Shown here one piece after another: positions 29,242-39,162 of a DNA stretch of 64,000 nt (position 1 is its first letter; each line of letters starts with the position of its first letter). Made by a program: the position numbers and the translations under genes. The stretch covers positions 565 through 64,564 of the forward strand of contig NDHX01000004.1 in NCBI GenBank assembly GCA_013626165.1, written 5' to 3'. Under the pieces are notes generated by a model, which saw only the letters and a program-made list of their open reading frames with translations, was not told the origin of the DNA and did not search any database. This stretch comes from Candidatus Velesiimonas alkalicola (GTDB taxonomy: Bacteria > Omnitrophota > Gorgyraeia > Velesiimonadales > Velesiimonadaceae).

Positions 29242-30201
29242 TTATTTTTCCTTCACTGTTATATATGATTGAGCCAAAAGTTCCCCTATAAATTCTGAAA
29301 ACCTGTCTTGTATTTTTTCTTTTTCTAAAGTCATTCTTATTTTGTCCTGTGCTTCTTCAAATAATATGGCATAGCCCGGACGGTGATCTTCTACTTTAAA
29401 GATATAATAATTAGAATTGATCTTGATAGGATTTGATGTCTGTTCCTGTTTAAGCGAAAAAACAATGTCTTCTATTTCTTTCAGCATCTTTCCTTTTTCA
29501 ATCCATCCCACACTTCCGCCTTCTTTTGCAAACGCATCTTTTGAATATTTTTTTGCAACCTCTGAAAAATCCTCTCCCTGCCTTAAAAGGCTTGATACTT
29601 CTTCTGCTGTTTTATTGAAAGAGTCCTCTGTCTGATTTTCTTCTTTTCTCAGTGTAATTTTTCTTAAATAAACTTCTTCATTTTTTTTAAAAAATTCCGG
29701 ATGCTGGTCATAAAAGTCTTTTATCTCTTTGGGTGTAACAATGGCTTTACCCACAACTTCTTTATCAAATATTATTCTTATTGCAGTCTGTTCTTTTAGT
29801 CTTTTTTTAAACCTTTTTTTCGTCCATCCCTGTGCTTTAAGGTTTTTCTCAAACTCTTCTGTGCCCCCTGCTTCTGATTCAAACATTTTAATCTTACCTT
29901 CAATGTGCGCATCCTGAACCTTTATATTCTGTCTTTGAGCCTCCTGATACATCATCTTTTCTTGTATAAGTTGTCTTATCACATTTTGTCTTAACTCTGC
30001 GAGCTTTTTTTCTAATTCTTCGCCCTGCACTTCCGGTTCCTGCAGGAAAAAAGGCAAGAGAGCCTCCTGTATATCGGATTCCATTATAATATCACTGTTA
30101 ACGATAGCAATTATTGCATCAAAATTACCCCGCTCAGGTGCAGCCGCACAATTCAGGCCTGCGAGCAAGATTATTTCTATCAAGAAAAGTAATTTTTTCA
30201 C
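29242..30201 (-). CDS. SurA/PrsA-like parvulin peptidyl-prolyl isomerase chaperone
   Basis: DAIIAIVN.DII..SD, GEDFSEVAKKYS.D...EGGSVGW; lies downstream of mfd. Confidence 0.85.
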   Translation of the reverse strand: MKKLLFLIEIILLAGLNCAAAPERGNFDAIIAIVNSDIIMESDIQEALLPFFLQEPEVQGEELEKKLAELRQNVIRQLIQEKMMYQEAQRQNIKVQDAHIEGKIKMFESEAGGTEEFEKNLKAQGWTKKRFKKRLKEQTAIRIIFDKEVVGKAIVTPKEIKDFYDQHPEFFKKNEEVYLRKITLRKEENQTEDSFNKTAEEVSSLLRQGEDFSEVAKKYSKDAFAKEGGSVGWIEKGKMLKEIEDIVFSLKQEQTSNPIKINSNYYIFKVEDHRPGYAILFEEAQDKIRMTLEKEKIQDRFSEFIGELLAQSYITVKEK

Positions 30202-32116
30202 TATCTGTTATTTCTCCTTTTTCTTTTACCTGTTCTATAGCATCTTTCAATAATCTACAGTAAAGGTCAAAGCCAACCGCACCTATATGTCCGCTTTGTT
30301 CTATCCCAAGAAGATTTCCGGCACCTCTTATCTGCAGGTCTTCCATAGCAACACGAAAACCAGAGCCGAGCTCTGTCCATTTTTCCATACAAGAAAGCCT
30401 CTCCTTCGCATCTGATGTAAGGATGCTCCTGTCCTGCACTAAAAGATAGCAGGTGGCTGGGATATCTGACCTTCCTACTCTTCCTCTTAATTGATAAAGG
30501 TCTGCAAGTCCGAACATATCTGCATTATCTATAAATATCGTATTTGCATTTGGTATGTCAAGCCCGGACTCTATGATACAGGTGCAAACAAGGACACTGA
30601 TATTTTTTTGTAAAAATTGTTTCATAACATCTTCCAGAACCCGCCCTGGCATCTGTCCGTGGGCAGATGCAATTTTTACACCCGGAACAATAGAAGAAAT
30701 TTTTTTAGCAACCCCTTCTATTGTTTCAACCCTGTTATGCACAAAAAATACCTGTCCGCCTCTTTTAATTTCTTTTAATATGCCTTCTCTTACAATGTCG
30801 CCTGAAAACCGGCAAACTGTTGTTTTTACAGGGATACGAGAAAGAGGCGGTGTATTGATAATAGACATATCCCTTACACCCGTAAGGCTCATATACAGTG
30901 TTCGTGGTATGGGTGTTGCGGTAAGCGTAAGAACATCTACAAGAAGTCTTAACCTTTTAAACCTTTCCTTATGCCTTACACCGAATCTTTGCTCCTCATC
31001 AATTATAACAAGCCCTAAATCTTTAAAACCCATATCTGATGAAAGAAGCCTGTGTGTTCCTATGACAATATCGGTTTTGCCTTCTGATGCTGCCAATACT
31101 GTTGCCTTCTGTTGATGCGGTGTCACAAACCTTGAAAGCATACTTATTTCAACAGGGAAATTCTTGAACCTCTGCTTGAATATAAGGCAATGCTGTTCTG
31201 CAAGAAGTGTTGTAGGGGTAAGTATTGCAACCTGTTTATTGCTCATCACAGCCTTAAATGCTGCGCGAAGTGCTACTTCTGTTTTACCATAACCAACATC
31301 TCCGCAGATAAGCCTGTCCATCGGCTTTTCCATTTCCATATCTTTTTTTGTTTCAAGCCACGACCTTATCTGGTCGGGCGTTTCTGTGTATGGAAACCCC
31401 GATTCAAACTCTTCCTGCCACAGACCATCTTTTGAAAATGCAAATCCTTTTTTTGAAATCCTTACTGCCTGAAGCATCACAAGTCCAGAGGCAAGAGACT
31501 GAACAGCTCTGTATGCTTTTTGTTTTGTCTTCTCCCAGAATTTTGTTCCCAATCTACTTAAGTTCGGAGCTCTTTTATCAATGCCGACATATCTTCTTAC
31601 CATTGAAATATCTTCAATTGGAACATAGAGCCTGTTTTTATCCCTGTATTCAACAACAAGATAATTCTTTAATTCTTCTTTTTCAGGACATTTAAGTTTT
31701 TTCCTCCCTAAATATTTTCCTATGCCATGCTGAAAATGGACAACAAAATCCCCCTCTTCAAAATCTGTAAATTTACTTATGTTTTCAGATTCTATGAAGG
31801 ACTTAAACTGCAAAGAACTAAGACTTTTTATCCCTGCAGGGACAATGATAACAACATTCAATTCTTCAATTATGTTGCCGTCTTTATGATTAAAAGCCGT
31901 GAGCCTTTCTATCCTGTTATCAAAAAGTTCAAACCTTACAGGATGTATTCTATCAAAGGCAAATATATCAATTATATATCCTCTGTGCGAAAAATCCCCG
32001 GGCAATTCAACACAATCTTTCCACCTATATCCTAAAATCACAAAACTGTTTAAGATATCTTCAAAATTAAATATCTGGTCCTTTTGAAATCTTAAAACTT
32101 CTGGAAACTCCGCCAT
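30134..32116 (-). CDS. mfd: Transcription-repair coupling factor, short form (660 aa)
   Basis: RGYIIDIF (UvrB-homology D2), GDFVVHFQHGIG (RID), CGDVGYGKT, IIDEEQRFG, QLRGRVGR, DLQIRGAGNLLG (TRG). Confidence 0.93.
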   Translation of the reverse strand: MAEFPEVLRFQKDQIFNFEDILNSFVILGYRWKDCVELPGDFSHRGYIIDIFAFDRIHPVRFELFDNRIERLTAFNHKDGNIIEELNVVIIVPAGIKSLSSLQFKSFIESENISKFTDFEEGDFVVHFQHGIGKYLGRKKLKCPEKEELKNYLVVEYRDKNRLYVPIEDISMVRRYVGIDKRAPNLSRLGTKFWEKTKQKAYRAVQSLASGLVMLQAVRISKKGFAFSKDGLWQEEFESGFPYTETPDQIRSWLETKKDMEMEKPMDRLICGDVGYGKTEVALRAAFKAVMSNKQVAILTPTTLLAEQHCLIFKQRFKNFPVEISMLSRFVTPHQQKATVLAASEGKTDIVIGTHRLLSSDMGFKDLGLVIIDEEQRFGVRHKERFKRLRLLVDVLTLTATPIPRTLYMSLTGVRDMSIINTPPLSRIPVKTTVCRFSGDIVREGILKEIKRGGQVFFVHNRVETIEGVAKKISSIVPGVKIASAHGQMPGRVLEDVMKQFLQKNISVLVCTCIIESGLDIPNANTIFIDNADMFGLADLYQLRGRVGRSDIPATCYLLVQDRSILTSDAKERLSCMEKWTELGSGFRVAMEDLQIRGAGNLLGIEQSGHIGAVGFDLYCRLLKDAIEQVKEKGEITDSEKITFLDRNNLARRPELCGCT

Positions 32117-32211
32117 CCTCAGCCTTATCCTCTATCTTTACCTCTTACGCCAGTCACCAGGGCACCAGAGCACCAGAGCACCAGAGCACCAGGGCACCTG
32201 TTGCCCGTTGC

Positions 32212-33126
32212 CTATCTTATTATCCTAACCTCTACACCCTTTCTTGGGATAAACTCTATATCTTCTGAGATTAAAACATATGTTTTCCCGTGCTGTTTTA
32301 CTACACATATAATAGACACATCTTTTAAGTATTTAAGTCCTGAAAGTCCTGCTATTATGGGTACCTTTGCAAGTGCCTGTGCTTTTGCGCAATTATCTGT
32401 AATGATAGAAGAACTTATAACATCAGTGTTTGCAGATTCACCACTACTGGTATCTATGATGTGTTCTCTTAAATAATTCCCTGATGTTGCAATGCTGGAA
32501 GATAGGGAAAGTGTTCCTAATATTTTTTTATCGTCAATGGGATCCATTAAACCTATGTTCCACGGTTTTCCATTCCTGCCTTTTCCGACCACTCTTATAT
32601 CTCCTCCGCCATCTATAAGTGCGCTTTTTATATCTAATTTTTTAAGAACATCCACAGCACGGTCTATTGCATAACCTTTTGCAATCCCGCCGAGATCAAC
32701 TTTCACATCTTTGTCCTTAAAAAATACCGTCCTGTTTTGTTTGTCTAATATTATGTTTTTCCACCCATCCTTTCTTTTCAAAGATGTTGCTGTAATGTCA
32801 AATATGCCGTCAGTGCCTTTTGAAAAGTTTTGTGACATTTCAATTATTTTAAAAAGATCTTCACATACTTCCACCGGAAAGTTAGCACCGTCTCTGTTAA
32901 GTTTAGAGACACAACTTTCTGAGTCAAACCAGTTCATTATTTTTTCAATTCTTTTTATTTCTTCAAATGCAGACGCAAAGGCTTTTTGAGCAGTTTGCTG
33001 TTCTTCAATAATTGTTATTGAAACAGTTGTCCCTAACAAAACCCTTGTCTGCGTATAGGGATGTACAAACACAGGGAATGATAAACAACAAGCAGTAGAT
33101 AGAAAAAAAAATAAAAAACTTTTCAT
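32212..33126 (-). CDS. apbE: FAD:protein FMN transferase (ApbE family)
   Basis: LGTTVSI, GIFDIT, DLGGIAKGYAID, ATSGNY, HIID. Confidence 0.9.
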   Translation of the reverse strand: MKSFLFFFLSTACCLSFPVFVHPYTQTRVLLGTTVSITIIEEQQTAQKAFASAFEEIKRIEKIMNWFDSESCVSKLNRDGANFPVEVCEDLFKIIEMSQNFSKGTDGIFDITATSLKRKDGWKNIILDKQNRTVFFKDKDVKVDLGGIAKGYAIDRAVDVLKKLDIKSALIDGGGDIRVVGKGRNGKPWNIGLMDPIDDKKILGTLSLSSSIATSGNYLREHIIDTSSGESANTDVISSSIITDNCAKAQALAKVPIIAGLSGLKYLKDVSIICVVKQHGKTYVLISEDIEFIPRKGVEVRIIR

Positions 33127-33292
33127 TATCTATACCTCTTTTTAATCTGTTCCATACCAATAAATTTATAGTCTTTGCCTTTTGCCACTCTTATAACTGC
33201 ACCTGCAATATTTTTTACACATTCTTATTAAATATTCCTGGTATCACAATGCTTTTTGAAGTCTGCTTTTCTTAGTGCATTTGGTTTGTAAT

Positions 33293-34222
33293 CTAGAATT
33301 TTTCCATAATTTTAATTAGTTCTTCAACTGTGGCTGCGGATTTCTTTAACGCAGCATTTTCCTCTGGAGTAAGTCTCAATTGGATAATTTCTTCAATTCC
33401 ATTAGCTCCTAGTTTAATCGGTACGCCAACGAATAAGCCGTTGATACCATATTCCCCTTCCAGATATGCAGCGCATGGTAGAATTCGTTTTTTATTCAAA
33501 ATAATTGCTTCAACCATTTGTACTGCTGCACTTGCCGGCGCATAATAAGCGCCCCCTGCTTTCAGTAGTTTAACGATTTCCATGCCGCTATTCCGAGTCC
33601 GCTGAATTAACATATCTAATTTTTCTTTCGACAAAATTTCTGGTAAAGGAACTCCGGCTACCGTAGAATATCGCACCAATGGCACCATCGTATCTCCGTG
33701 CCCACCAAGAACTAATGCATAAACATCTTCAACAGAAACATTTAATTCCATCGCAATAAAAGTGCGGAATCGGGCAGTATCAAGAATTCCTGCCATCCCC
33801 ATAACTCGACTTTTCGAAAATCCGCTGGTTTTATATGCTAACTGCGCCATTGCATCTAACGGGTTCGCGACTATAATCAGGATCGCGTTTGGCGAATATT
33901 GTGCGACCTGTTCGGTCACCGGTTTAACGATATTATAATTTGCTTCCAATAAATCATCGCGGGACATTCCCGGTTTTCGCGGAACGCCAGCAGTTATGAT
34001 AACAATATCGGAATATTGCGTATCCGTATAGGAATTGGTTCCAATAACTTTTGTATCATAACTATCTATCGGACCGGTCTGGGTTATATCCAATCCTTTT
34101 CCTTGCGGCATCCCCTCGATAATATCAACTAAAATGATATCTGCAAAATCTTTTTCCGCTAATTTCATTGCCATAGTTGCACCAACATTACCCGCACCAA
34201 TTATACTTACTTTCTGACGCAT
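33293..34222 (-). CDS. mdh: Malate dehydrogenase (LDH-like, NAD-dependent)
   Basis: [42 protein letters not shown]. Confidence 0.95.
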   Translation of the reverse strand: MRQKVSIIGAGNVGATMAMKLAEKDFADIILVDIIEGMPQGKGLDITQTGPIDSYDTKVIGTNSYTDTQYSDIVIITAGVPRKPGMSRDDLLEANYNIVKPVTEQVAQYSPNAILIIVANPLDAMAQLAYKTSGFSKSRVMGMAGILDTARFRTFIAMELNVSVEDVYALVLGGHGDTMVPLVRYSTVAGVPLPEILSKEKLDMLIQRTRNSGMEIVKLLKAGGAYYAPASAAVQMVEAIILNKKRILPCAAYLEGEYGINGLFVGVPIKLGANGIEEIIQLRLTPEENAALKKSAATVEELIKIMEKF

Positions 34223-34637
34223 AGTAATCTCTTTCTAATTTAATGTAGGAGCGACTCGGGGGTCGGATCTCCCAACCCAATCTTTCATAGTCTTCTTACA
34301 GAAACAGGAGATGTCATTATGAGGGCGAAGCCAGAAGTGACACTGTAATGTGTCATCTCTTCGCGGAAGTTCACCCTTGAGCAAAAGGAATGGTTCAGAA
34401 CGGCGCCTGAAAGAGCAATTACCCCTGCTTGAATCTATCAGGGGCTGAAGGAACTCATTAAAATGAATCTTTGCAGACTCTTTTAAGTAACACATATTCC
34501 CCTTCCCAGGCATCAGAGCACCAGGGCACCAGTTGCCACTTGCCCTTTTAAGTTGCTTCCCCATATTCCAAATCTTGTAATACTAAAATCATATTTTACG
34601 GGGTCATCGGCACATAATTTTATAAAGTTTTTCAAAG

Positions 34638-36266
34638 TTATCTTTCAAAACCTCTATATCTTTGTAATTTTTTGGGAACATACCAATAAATAAAATTATG
34701 CCCTATGCCTGCGGGTGCAACCTCTATGTTATGAAATCTTTTATGGACAATCGGCAATGAGTCTGGGTTAAACAGAAAACAGTACGGTTGTTCATCATAG
34801 AGGATTTTATGCACTCTGTGGTAGATTTGTTTTCTTTTTTCCTTATCAAAGGTTGCCCTTCCTTCTTCTATAAGTCTGTCAACTTCTGGATTCTTATATC
34901 CAACAAAATTAAATTCTCCTTCTTTTGTTTTTGATGAATGCCAGATATCATATAGGTCAGGGTCCCTGCTCAATGACCAGCCTAAAAGGACTGCATCAAA
35001 CTTTCTTTTACCAATAAACTCATTGATAAGACTTTTCCACTCAATTATATTTATTCTGACATCCATCCCGATTGCTTTTAACCTTCTTTGTATTATCTCA
35101 GATGCCATTCTTCTCGGCTCATTTCCCTGATTTGTAATGAGTGTGAACCTAAAAGGCATTCCATCTTTTCTTAAGACTCCGTTTTTATAAACCCAGCCTG
35201 CATCTTTTAACAATTCCTTTGCCTTTTCAGGGTCAAAGGCAGAGGGTTGGACATCTTCATTATATGCCCAACTTCCCGGTATAAAAGGCCCTGTGATCTG
35301 TCTTCCAAGCCCATAAAGAACTCCATCTATAATCTCCTGTTTGTCTATTGCTAAATTTATGGCCTTTCTTACTCTTATATCTGAAAAGAGTGGATTTGAA
35401 AGATTATATCCTAAGTACGTATATGTGAAAGCCGGATACCTAAATTTATTAAAATTTTCTTTAAAGAATTTTGTGCCAGTCTGTTTTGTGTATTGAAAAG
35501 GGTTAAGTCCCATCTGGTCAATACCGCCTGCCCGAAGTTCAAGAAACATAGATGCGGCATTAGGTATTACTCTGTATATATACCTGTCTATGTAAGGTCT
35601 TTTTCCAAAGTATGAATTATTTGCGACAAGTTCTATTTTTTCTGCTGTATCCCATAAAAAAAATCTGTAAGGACCAGTGCCAATGGGATTTCTTGAAAAT
35701 TCTGTTGCATTTAGGTCTTCTTTTTCAAGTAGGTGTTTTGGTATTATGGACATACCCCAGCTTTCAAGTGCTGGGGCAAAAGGTTCACTATATTTTACTC
35801 TTACAGTATATTTATCCAAAACCTCAAGGGATTTTACTCTTTCAAAATCTCCACTGTAAGGGGTCCTTACCTGTGGGTCCGTAAGTTTCTTAAATGTGAA
35901 CTGAACATCGTCTGCTGTAAAAGGAACACCATCATGCCATTTTACATCTTTTCTTAAATGAAAAATTATTGTAAGTCCATCGTCTAAAATCTCCCAGGAT
36001 TCTGCAAGATCTCCTGTAAGATTCAAATTCTTATCATATTTTACAAGACCATTAAATATAAGCCCACAGATCTCATGTGAGGCACCATCTGAGGCGATTA
36101 TCGGAACAAGATTTAAGGCATCTGCAATAGAACCGACTACAATTGCATCTCCATAGGATGGGGTGATAGGGCCAACCGGCTCTTGAATAGAAACTTCTTC
36201 ATTTTTTTTCTGGCAGGCTCCCAAGAACAAGGATGTTAGAAGTAATATCTTAAATATTAGTCTCAT
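34638..36266 (-). CDS. ABC transporter peptide-binding lipoprotein (solute-binding family 5)
   Basis: Lipobox LGAC; LAESWE, LRKDVKWHDG.PFTADDV.FT, PIGTGPY, VRKAINLAIDK. Confidence 0.9.
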   Translation of the reverse strand: MRLIFKILLLTSLFLGACQKKNEEVSIQEPVGPITPSYGDAIVVGSIADALNLVPIIASDGASHEICGLIFNGLVKYDKNLNLTGDLAESWEILDDGLTIIFHLRKDVKWHDGVPFTADDVQFTFKKLTDPQVRTPYSGDFERVKSLEVLDKYTVRVKYSEPFAPALESWGMSIIPKHLLEKEDLNATEFSRNPIGTGPYRFFLWDTAEKIELVANNSYFGKRPYIDRYIYRVIPNAASMFLELRAGGIDQMGLNPFQYTKQTGTKFFKENFNKFRYPAFTYTYLGYNLSNPLFSDIRVRKAINLAIDKQEIIDGVLYGLGRQITGPFIPGSWAYNEDVQPSAFDPEKAKELLKDAGWVYKNGVLRKDGMPFRFTLITNQGNEPRRMASEIIQRRLKAIGMDVRINIIEWKSLINEFIGKRKFDAVLLGWSLSRDPDLYDIWHSSKTKEGEFNFVGYKNPEVDRLIEEGRATFDKEKRKQIYHRVHKILYDEQPYCFLFNPDSLPIVHKRFHNIEVAPAGIGHNFIYWYVPKKLQRYRGFER

Positions 36267-36290
36267 TGTGTGGTTTGTATAACAGGTTTT

Positions 36291-36632
36291 TTAAGGCTCA
36301 CCCTGAGGCGGTGGCTGGGTCGTTTCAGGTATTTCCGGACTTACAGGTCTTGTTTCTGGTACTGCAGGGACAGATCTTCTTCGTTGCATCAGTGAATCAG
36401 CGGCATTTTTCTGAACAACACCCATTGTAAGACAGGATATCAAAAAAAGACCTGCAAGAACAGCAGTAATCTTTGCAAGTACTACATTTGTCTGTGCACC
36501 AAAAAACTTCTGTGTAGAAGTTACTCCAAAAGCTTCTGAAAGCCCCTCTCCTCTCCCGGGTTGCATAAGAACAGAAATAACAAGAAGCACAGAAATTATA
36601 ATATGTAATGCAAGTAATATAGTATGTAACAT
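36291..36632 (-). CDS. secG: Preprotein translocase subunit SecG
   Basis: VLMQPGRGEGLSEAFG, LAKITAVLAGLF. Confidence 0.9.
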   Translation of the reverse strand: MLHTILLALHIIISVLLVISVLMQPGRGEGLSEAFGVTSTQKFFGAQTNVVLAKITAVLAGLFLISCLTMGVVQKNAADSLMQRRRSVPAVPETRPVSPEIPETTQPPPQGEP

Positions 36633-36654
36633 TATATCCCCTTTTTATTCTTTT

Positions 36655-36683
36655 ATTATATTACTAAATTAAACTTTTTTCAA
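36655..36683 (-). promoter_or_regulatory. Sigma70 promoter for secG
   Basis: Minus strand TTGAAA-N17-TATAAT. Confidence 0.6.
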
Positions 36684-36759
36684 GAAATATTTTTTCTTTT
36701 AGGTGTGGTGTGGTATTTATACTACTCCCCCACTTAAAAGTAGGTGAAAATTAGGAGAA

Positions 36760-36921
36760 AAACAGGTAATGCCGATAATAGCGATGGAAAAGAAGGTAGT
36801 GACAGTAATTACTGTGTATACATTTTATTTTTAAGAGATGATAAAATTGAACCTAACTCATAACGAAGAAATAGATGCAGTTTATATTGAATTTGAAGAA
36901 GCAAAAAAGGTAGTTAAATAA
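36760..36921 (+). pseudogene. Remnant of a DUF4258-like / DUF2283-like gene pair
   Basis: ...KQVMPIIAMEKKVVTVITVYTFYF* followed by MIKLNLTHNEEIDAVYIEFEEAKKVVK*; family names from memory. Confidence 0.5.
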
Positions 36922-36941
36922 CGATATGTTGTATGATATTA

Positions 36942-37697
36942 TTAATTTCTTTTCATCTCCCAGTATTTTGCATAGGAAAATATCTGGTAGAGACTGTCTT
37001 GAAAAGCCATAATAAAACCAATAAAGCCATCACGATAGCCCTTTTTGACAAAATATCTTCTGACAAATCGGTCTATTGCTCTATAGAGATAATGTCCCAG
37101 ACCAACTTTCTTTTTGTTTAACATCTTTTTTGCTTCCAAGTCACTCTGGCTATTTAACTTGGCAAAAAGGTGATTGAAATTTTTCCAGGAATAATGGATT
37201 AAATCACTTTTTAAATGCCCACAACTTCCTTTTAAGAAAGCACGGGGATGAACCGTCGTCTCTTCATAGGAAAAAACATCTTTCTTGAAAAGACGCAGTT
37301 GTCCAGCCGGATAAAAACCACCATGGCGAATCCAATAATTACCAATGTAATTTCTACGCGGTATAGAAAATCCTTTATGAAAAATATCTTTTCTCTTCAG
37401 AAGAGAAGTAATCTCTGTAACCAATTCTGGACTCACCCTTTCGTCAGCATCAAGACTCAAAACCCACTCATTTCTTGCCTGACCGTAGGCAAAGTTTCTT
37501 TTAGCCCCTTCGTTAGCAAGGTTTCCTTTTACCACCTTTGCCTCAAGTTCTCTGGCTATCTCCGCTGTTTTGTCGGTACTTCCATCGTCAAAAAGAATAA
37601 CTTCATCAGCCCATTTCACCGTAGAGAGACAATCTAACAGGTTCTTTTCTTCATTTTTAGCAATTACGACCACTGATACAGGCACTTTGTCTTTCAT
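36942..37697 (-). CDS. Glycosyltransferase family 2 (WaaE/KdtX-like, LPS core)
   Basis: SVVVIAKNEE, DDGSTDKT, WVLSLDADE, RRNY, VH, GYRDG. Confidence 0.9.
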   Translation of the reverse strand: MKDKVPVSVVVIAKNEEKNLLDCLSTVKWADEVILFDDGSTDKTAEIARELEAKVVKGNLANEGAKRNFAYGQARNEWVLSLDADERVSPELVTEITSLLKRKDIFHKGFSIPRRNYIGNYWIRHGGFYPAGQLRLFKKDVFSYEETTVHPRAFLKGSCGHLKSDLIHYSWKNFNHLFAKLNSQSDLEAKKMLNKKKVGLGHYLYRAIDRFVRRYFVKKGYRDGFIGFIMAFQDSLYQIFSYAKYWEMKRN

Positions 37698-37848
37698 CTT
37701 CTTGTCTCCTTTTTCTGAATTTATTCAAACGGCTTCTTGGAAAATGTAACGATTGAAGAATTGCCCCCTGAATCTCCCATCCATTCATCATGAAAAGTGT
37801 CAATTTTCACCTACGTCCCTCAGGGCAAAAATAATTTTTACTTAAAAC

Positions 37849-37902
37849 AACCGTCCCTTTTTCCGTTTTCATTTCTCAAAAAGTAGCCCGTCCCCTTTTC
37901 TA
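37849..37902. repeat. Partial copy (R1) of the 101-bp GGGGAC repeat
   Basis: 54 bp with 2 mismatches to R2; followed by stuttered ccttttctata copies to ~37935. Confidence 0.88.
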
Positions 37903-37936
37903 TACCATTTTCCTTTTCTATACCCTTTTCTATATA

Positions 37937-37958
37937 CTGTGGAGTGAAATGTTATGGC
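37937..37958 (-). other. attC-like left half (inverse core plus L'' box), truncated by R1
   Basis: Minus strand GCCATAAC-ATTTCACTCCACAG, overlapping the hicA stop codon. Confidence 0.6.
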
Positions 37959-38137
37959 TTTGGTATTTCAAGGTCTTTACATATTTTCGTGACAAGATAT
38001 TTATCAATTTCTCTGTGACGGGGAACGGTGCTCGCCTTCTTTTTTCTGCGATTTACATATACCGTATGATTTGCACCTTCTCGTAGGAATTCGCATCCGT
38101 TTAACTCAAGATGTCGGATTACATCTTTTCGCTTCAA
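37952..38137 (-). CDS. hicA: HicA-family toxin
   Basis: MKRKD..RHL..NGC.FLREGANH...VPRH.EI....KICKDL.I. Confidence 0.9.
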   Translation of the reverse strand: MKRKDVIRHLELNGCEFLREGANHTVYVNRRKKKASTVPRHREIDKYLVTKICKDLEIPKP

Positions 38138-38358
38138 ACCGTTACTGCTCCGAAGTCTTCTTTTATAATTTCGAAACCCTTAAGTTCTTCTTCAAAAAGT
38201 TGTCTGTTGGCGTCCAAAATAAGCTGGACCGCTTCAATTAAATTTTTTCTTGCTTCTTCAAGTGTTTTGCCTTGAGTATTCGCTCCTGGAAGTTCTTCAA
38301 TAAAGCCAATATATCCGTATGGCGATTTTTGAAATATTGCCGTTAACTTTTCTTTCAT
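38134..38358 (-). CDS. hicB: HicB-like antitoxin
   Basis: YIGFIEELPGANTQGKTLEEARKNLIEAV. Confidence 0.9.
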   Translation of the reverse strand: MKEKLTAIFQKSPYGYIGFIEELPGANTQGKTLEEARKNLIEAVQLILDANRQLFEEELKGFEIIKEDFGAVTV

Positions 38359-38388
38359 TTTTATTTTTCTCCTTTTTATCTATATTAT

Positions 38389-38583
38389 GCCACAACGGCC
38401 AATCTCGCAGGGAGGGGTGCAGTTTCTCGCGATCCCTTAAGTCGCTTAAAGAGAACGGGTGTATTTATTATTCCCATTTTCTTGTTTGCATCTTTTTCAT
38501 TTAATTAGAACCGTCCCCTTTTCCGTTTTCATTTCTCAAAAAGTAGCCTGTCCCCTTTTCTATATGGAATGTCTTGTTTGGGC
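38389..38583 (-). other. attC-like site split by repeat R2
   Basis: Minus strand GCCCAAAC-AAGACATTCCA [insert containing R2] AGGGATCGCGAGAAACTGCACCCCTCCCTGCGAGATTGGCC-GTTGTGGC. Confidence 0.6.
38462..38562. repeat. 101-bp REP/MITE-like repeat R2
   Basis: 3 mismatches to R3; contains aaccgtcccctttt and gtagcctgtcccctttt. Confidence 0.92.
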
Positions 38584-38772
38584 TTACTTTATTTGTTTTA
38601 TGCCAAGGTCCTTGCATATCTTTCTTGCAAGGTTATCGTTGATTTCTGTATGCCGCGGCACAGATGAACGTTTGTTTTGTTCTGGATTCCACCACCATGA
38701 GTGGCGACTTCCTTCTCTGATAAATTCACATCCTTGCGACCGTAGATGCTTCAGCAGATCATTGCGTTTCAT
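38584..38772 (-). CDS. hicA: HicA-family toxin
   Basis: MKRNDLLKHL...GC.FIREGSRHSWW...VPRHTEI...LARKICKDLGI. Confidence 0.92.
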   Translation of the reverse strand: MKRNDLLKHLRSQGCEFIREGSRHSWWWNPEQNKRSSVPRHTEINDNLARKICKDLGIKQIK

Positions 38773-38981
38773 ATAGCAATTTTTTCTTCTACATATCCAG
38801 TTCCTATCGCAGAGAGCGCGTCTTGACGGTTAAATTCAAGTGCCTCTTTCAGAGTGGCTCGGAGGCTTTCCATTAACTCTTCACGAGTATGTTCTTGACA
38901 GTTTACCCCTGGAATTTCCCCTATCCATCCAATCCACCAATCACCCTCTTGCCTTACTATAGCCGTATATTCTGTATCCAT
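38769..38981 (-). CDS. hicB: HicB-like antitoxin
   Basis: YTAIVRQEGDWWIGWIGEIPGVNCQE.TREEL. Confidence 0.9.
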   Translation of the reverse strand: MDTEYTAIVRQEGDWWIGWIGEIPGVNCQEHTREELMESLRATLKEALEFNRQDALSAIGTGYVEEKIAI

Positions 38982-39048
38982 AATTTGCCCCCTTTCAGAT
39001 AATGTGATTATACCTTAAAATCCACTAATTCAGGCAGCTATATTTATT

Positions 39049-39066
39049 GACCTAACGATGAAACTA
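39049..39066 (-). other. attC-like right end (core site GTTAGGT)
   Basis: Minus strand TAGTTTCATC-GTTAGGT-C is an exact GTTRRRY. A TATAAT box and RBS follow before hicB. Confidence 0.6.
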
Positions 39067-39162
39067 AAATAAAATTAAAGGGGCCTGTTGTTCTCGCTCA
39101 TTAATTCGGTAACTTTTTCAAGTTTATCAAAAGGTGTCATGGGGACTCTTAATGGACGATTC

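Noticed and set aside
34235-34564. 109-aa ORF upstream of mdh
   Set aside because: It runs through repeat relics and has no recognisable motif.
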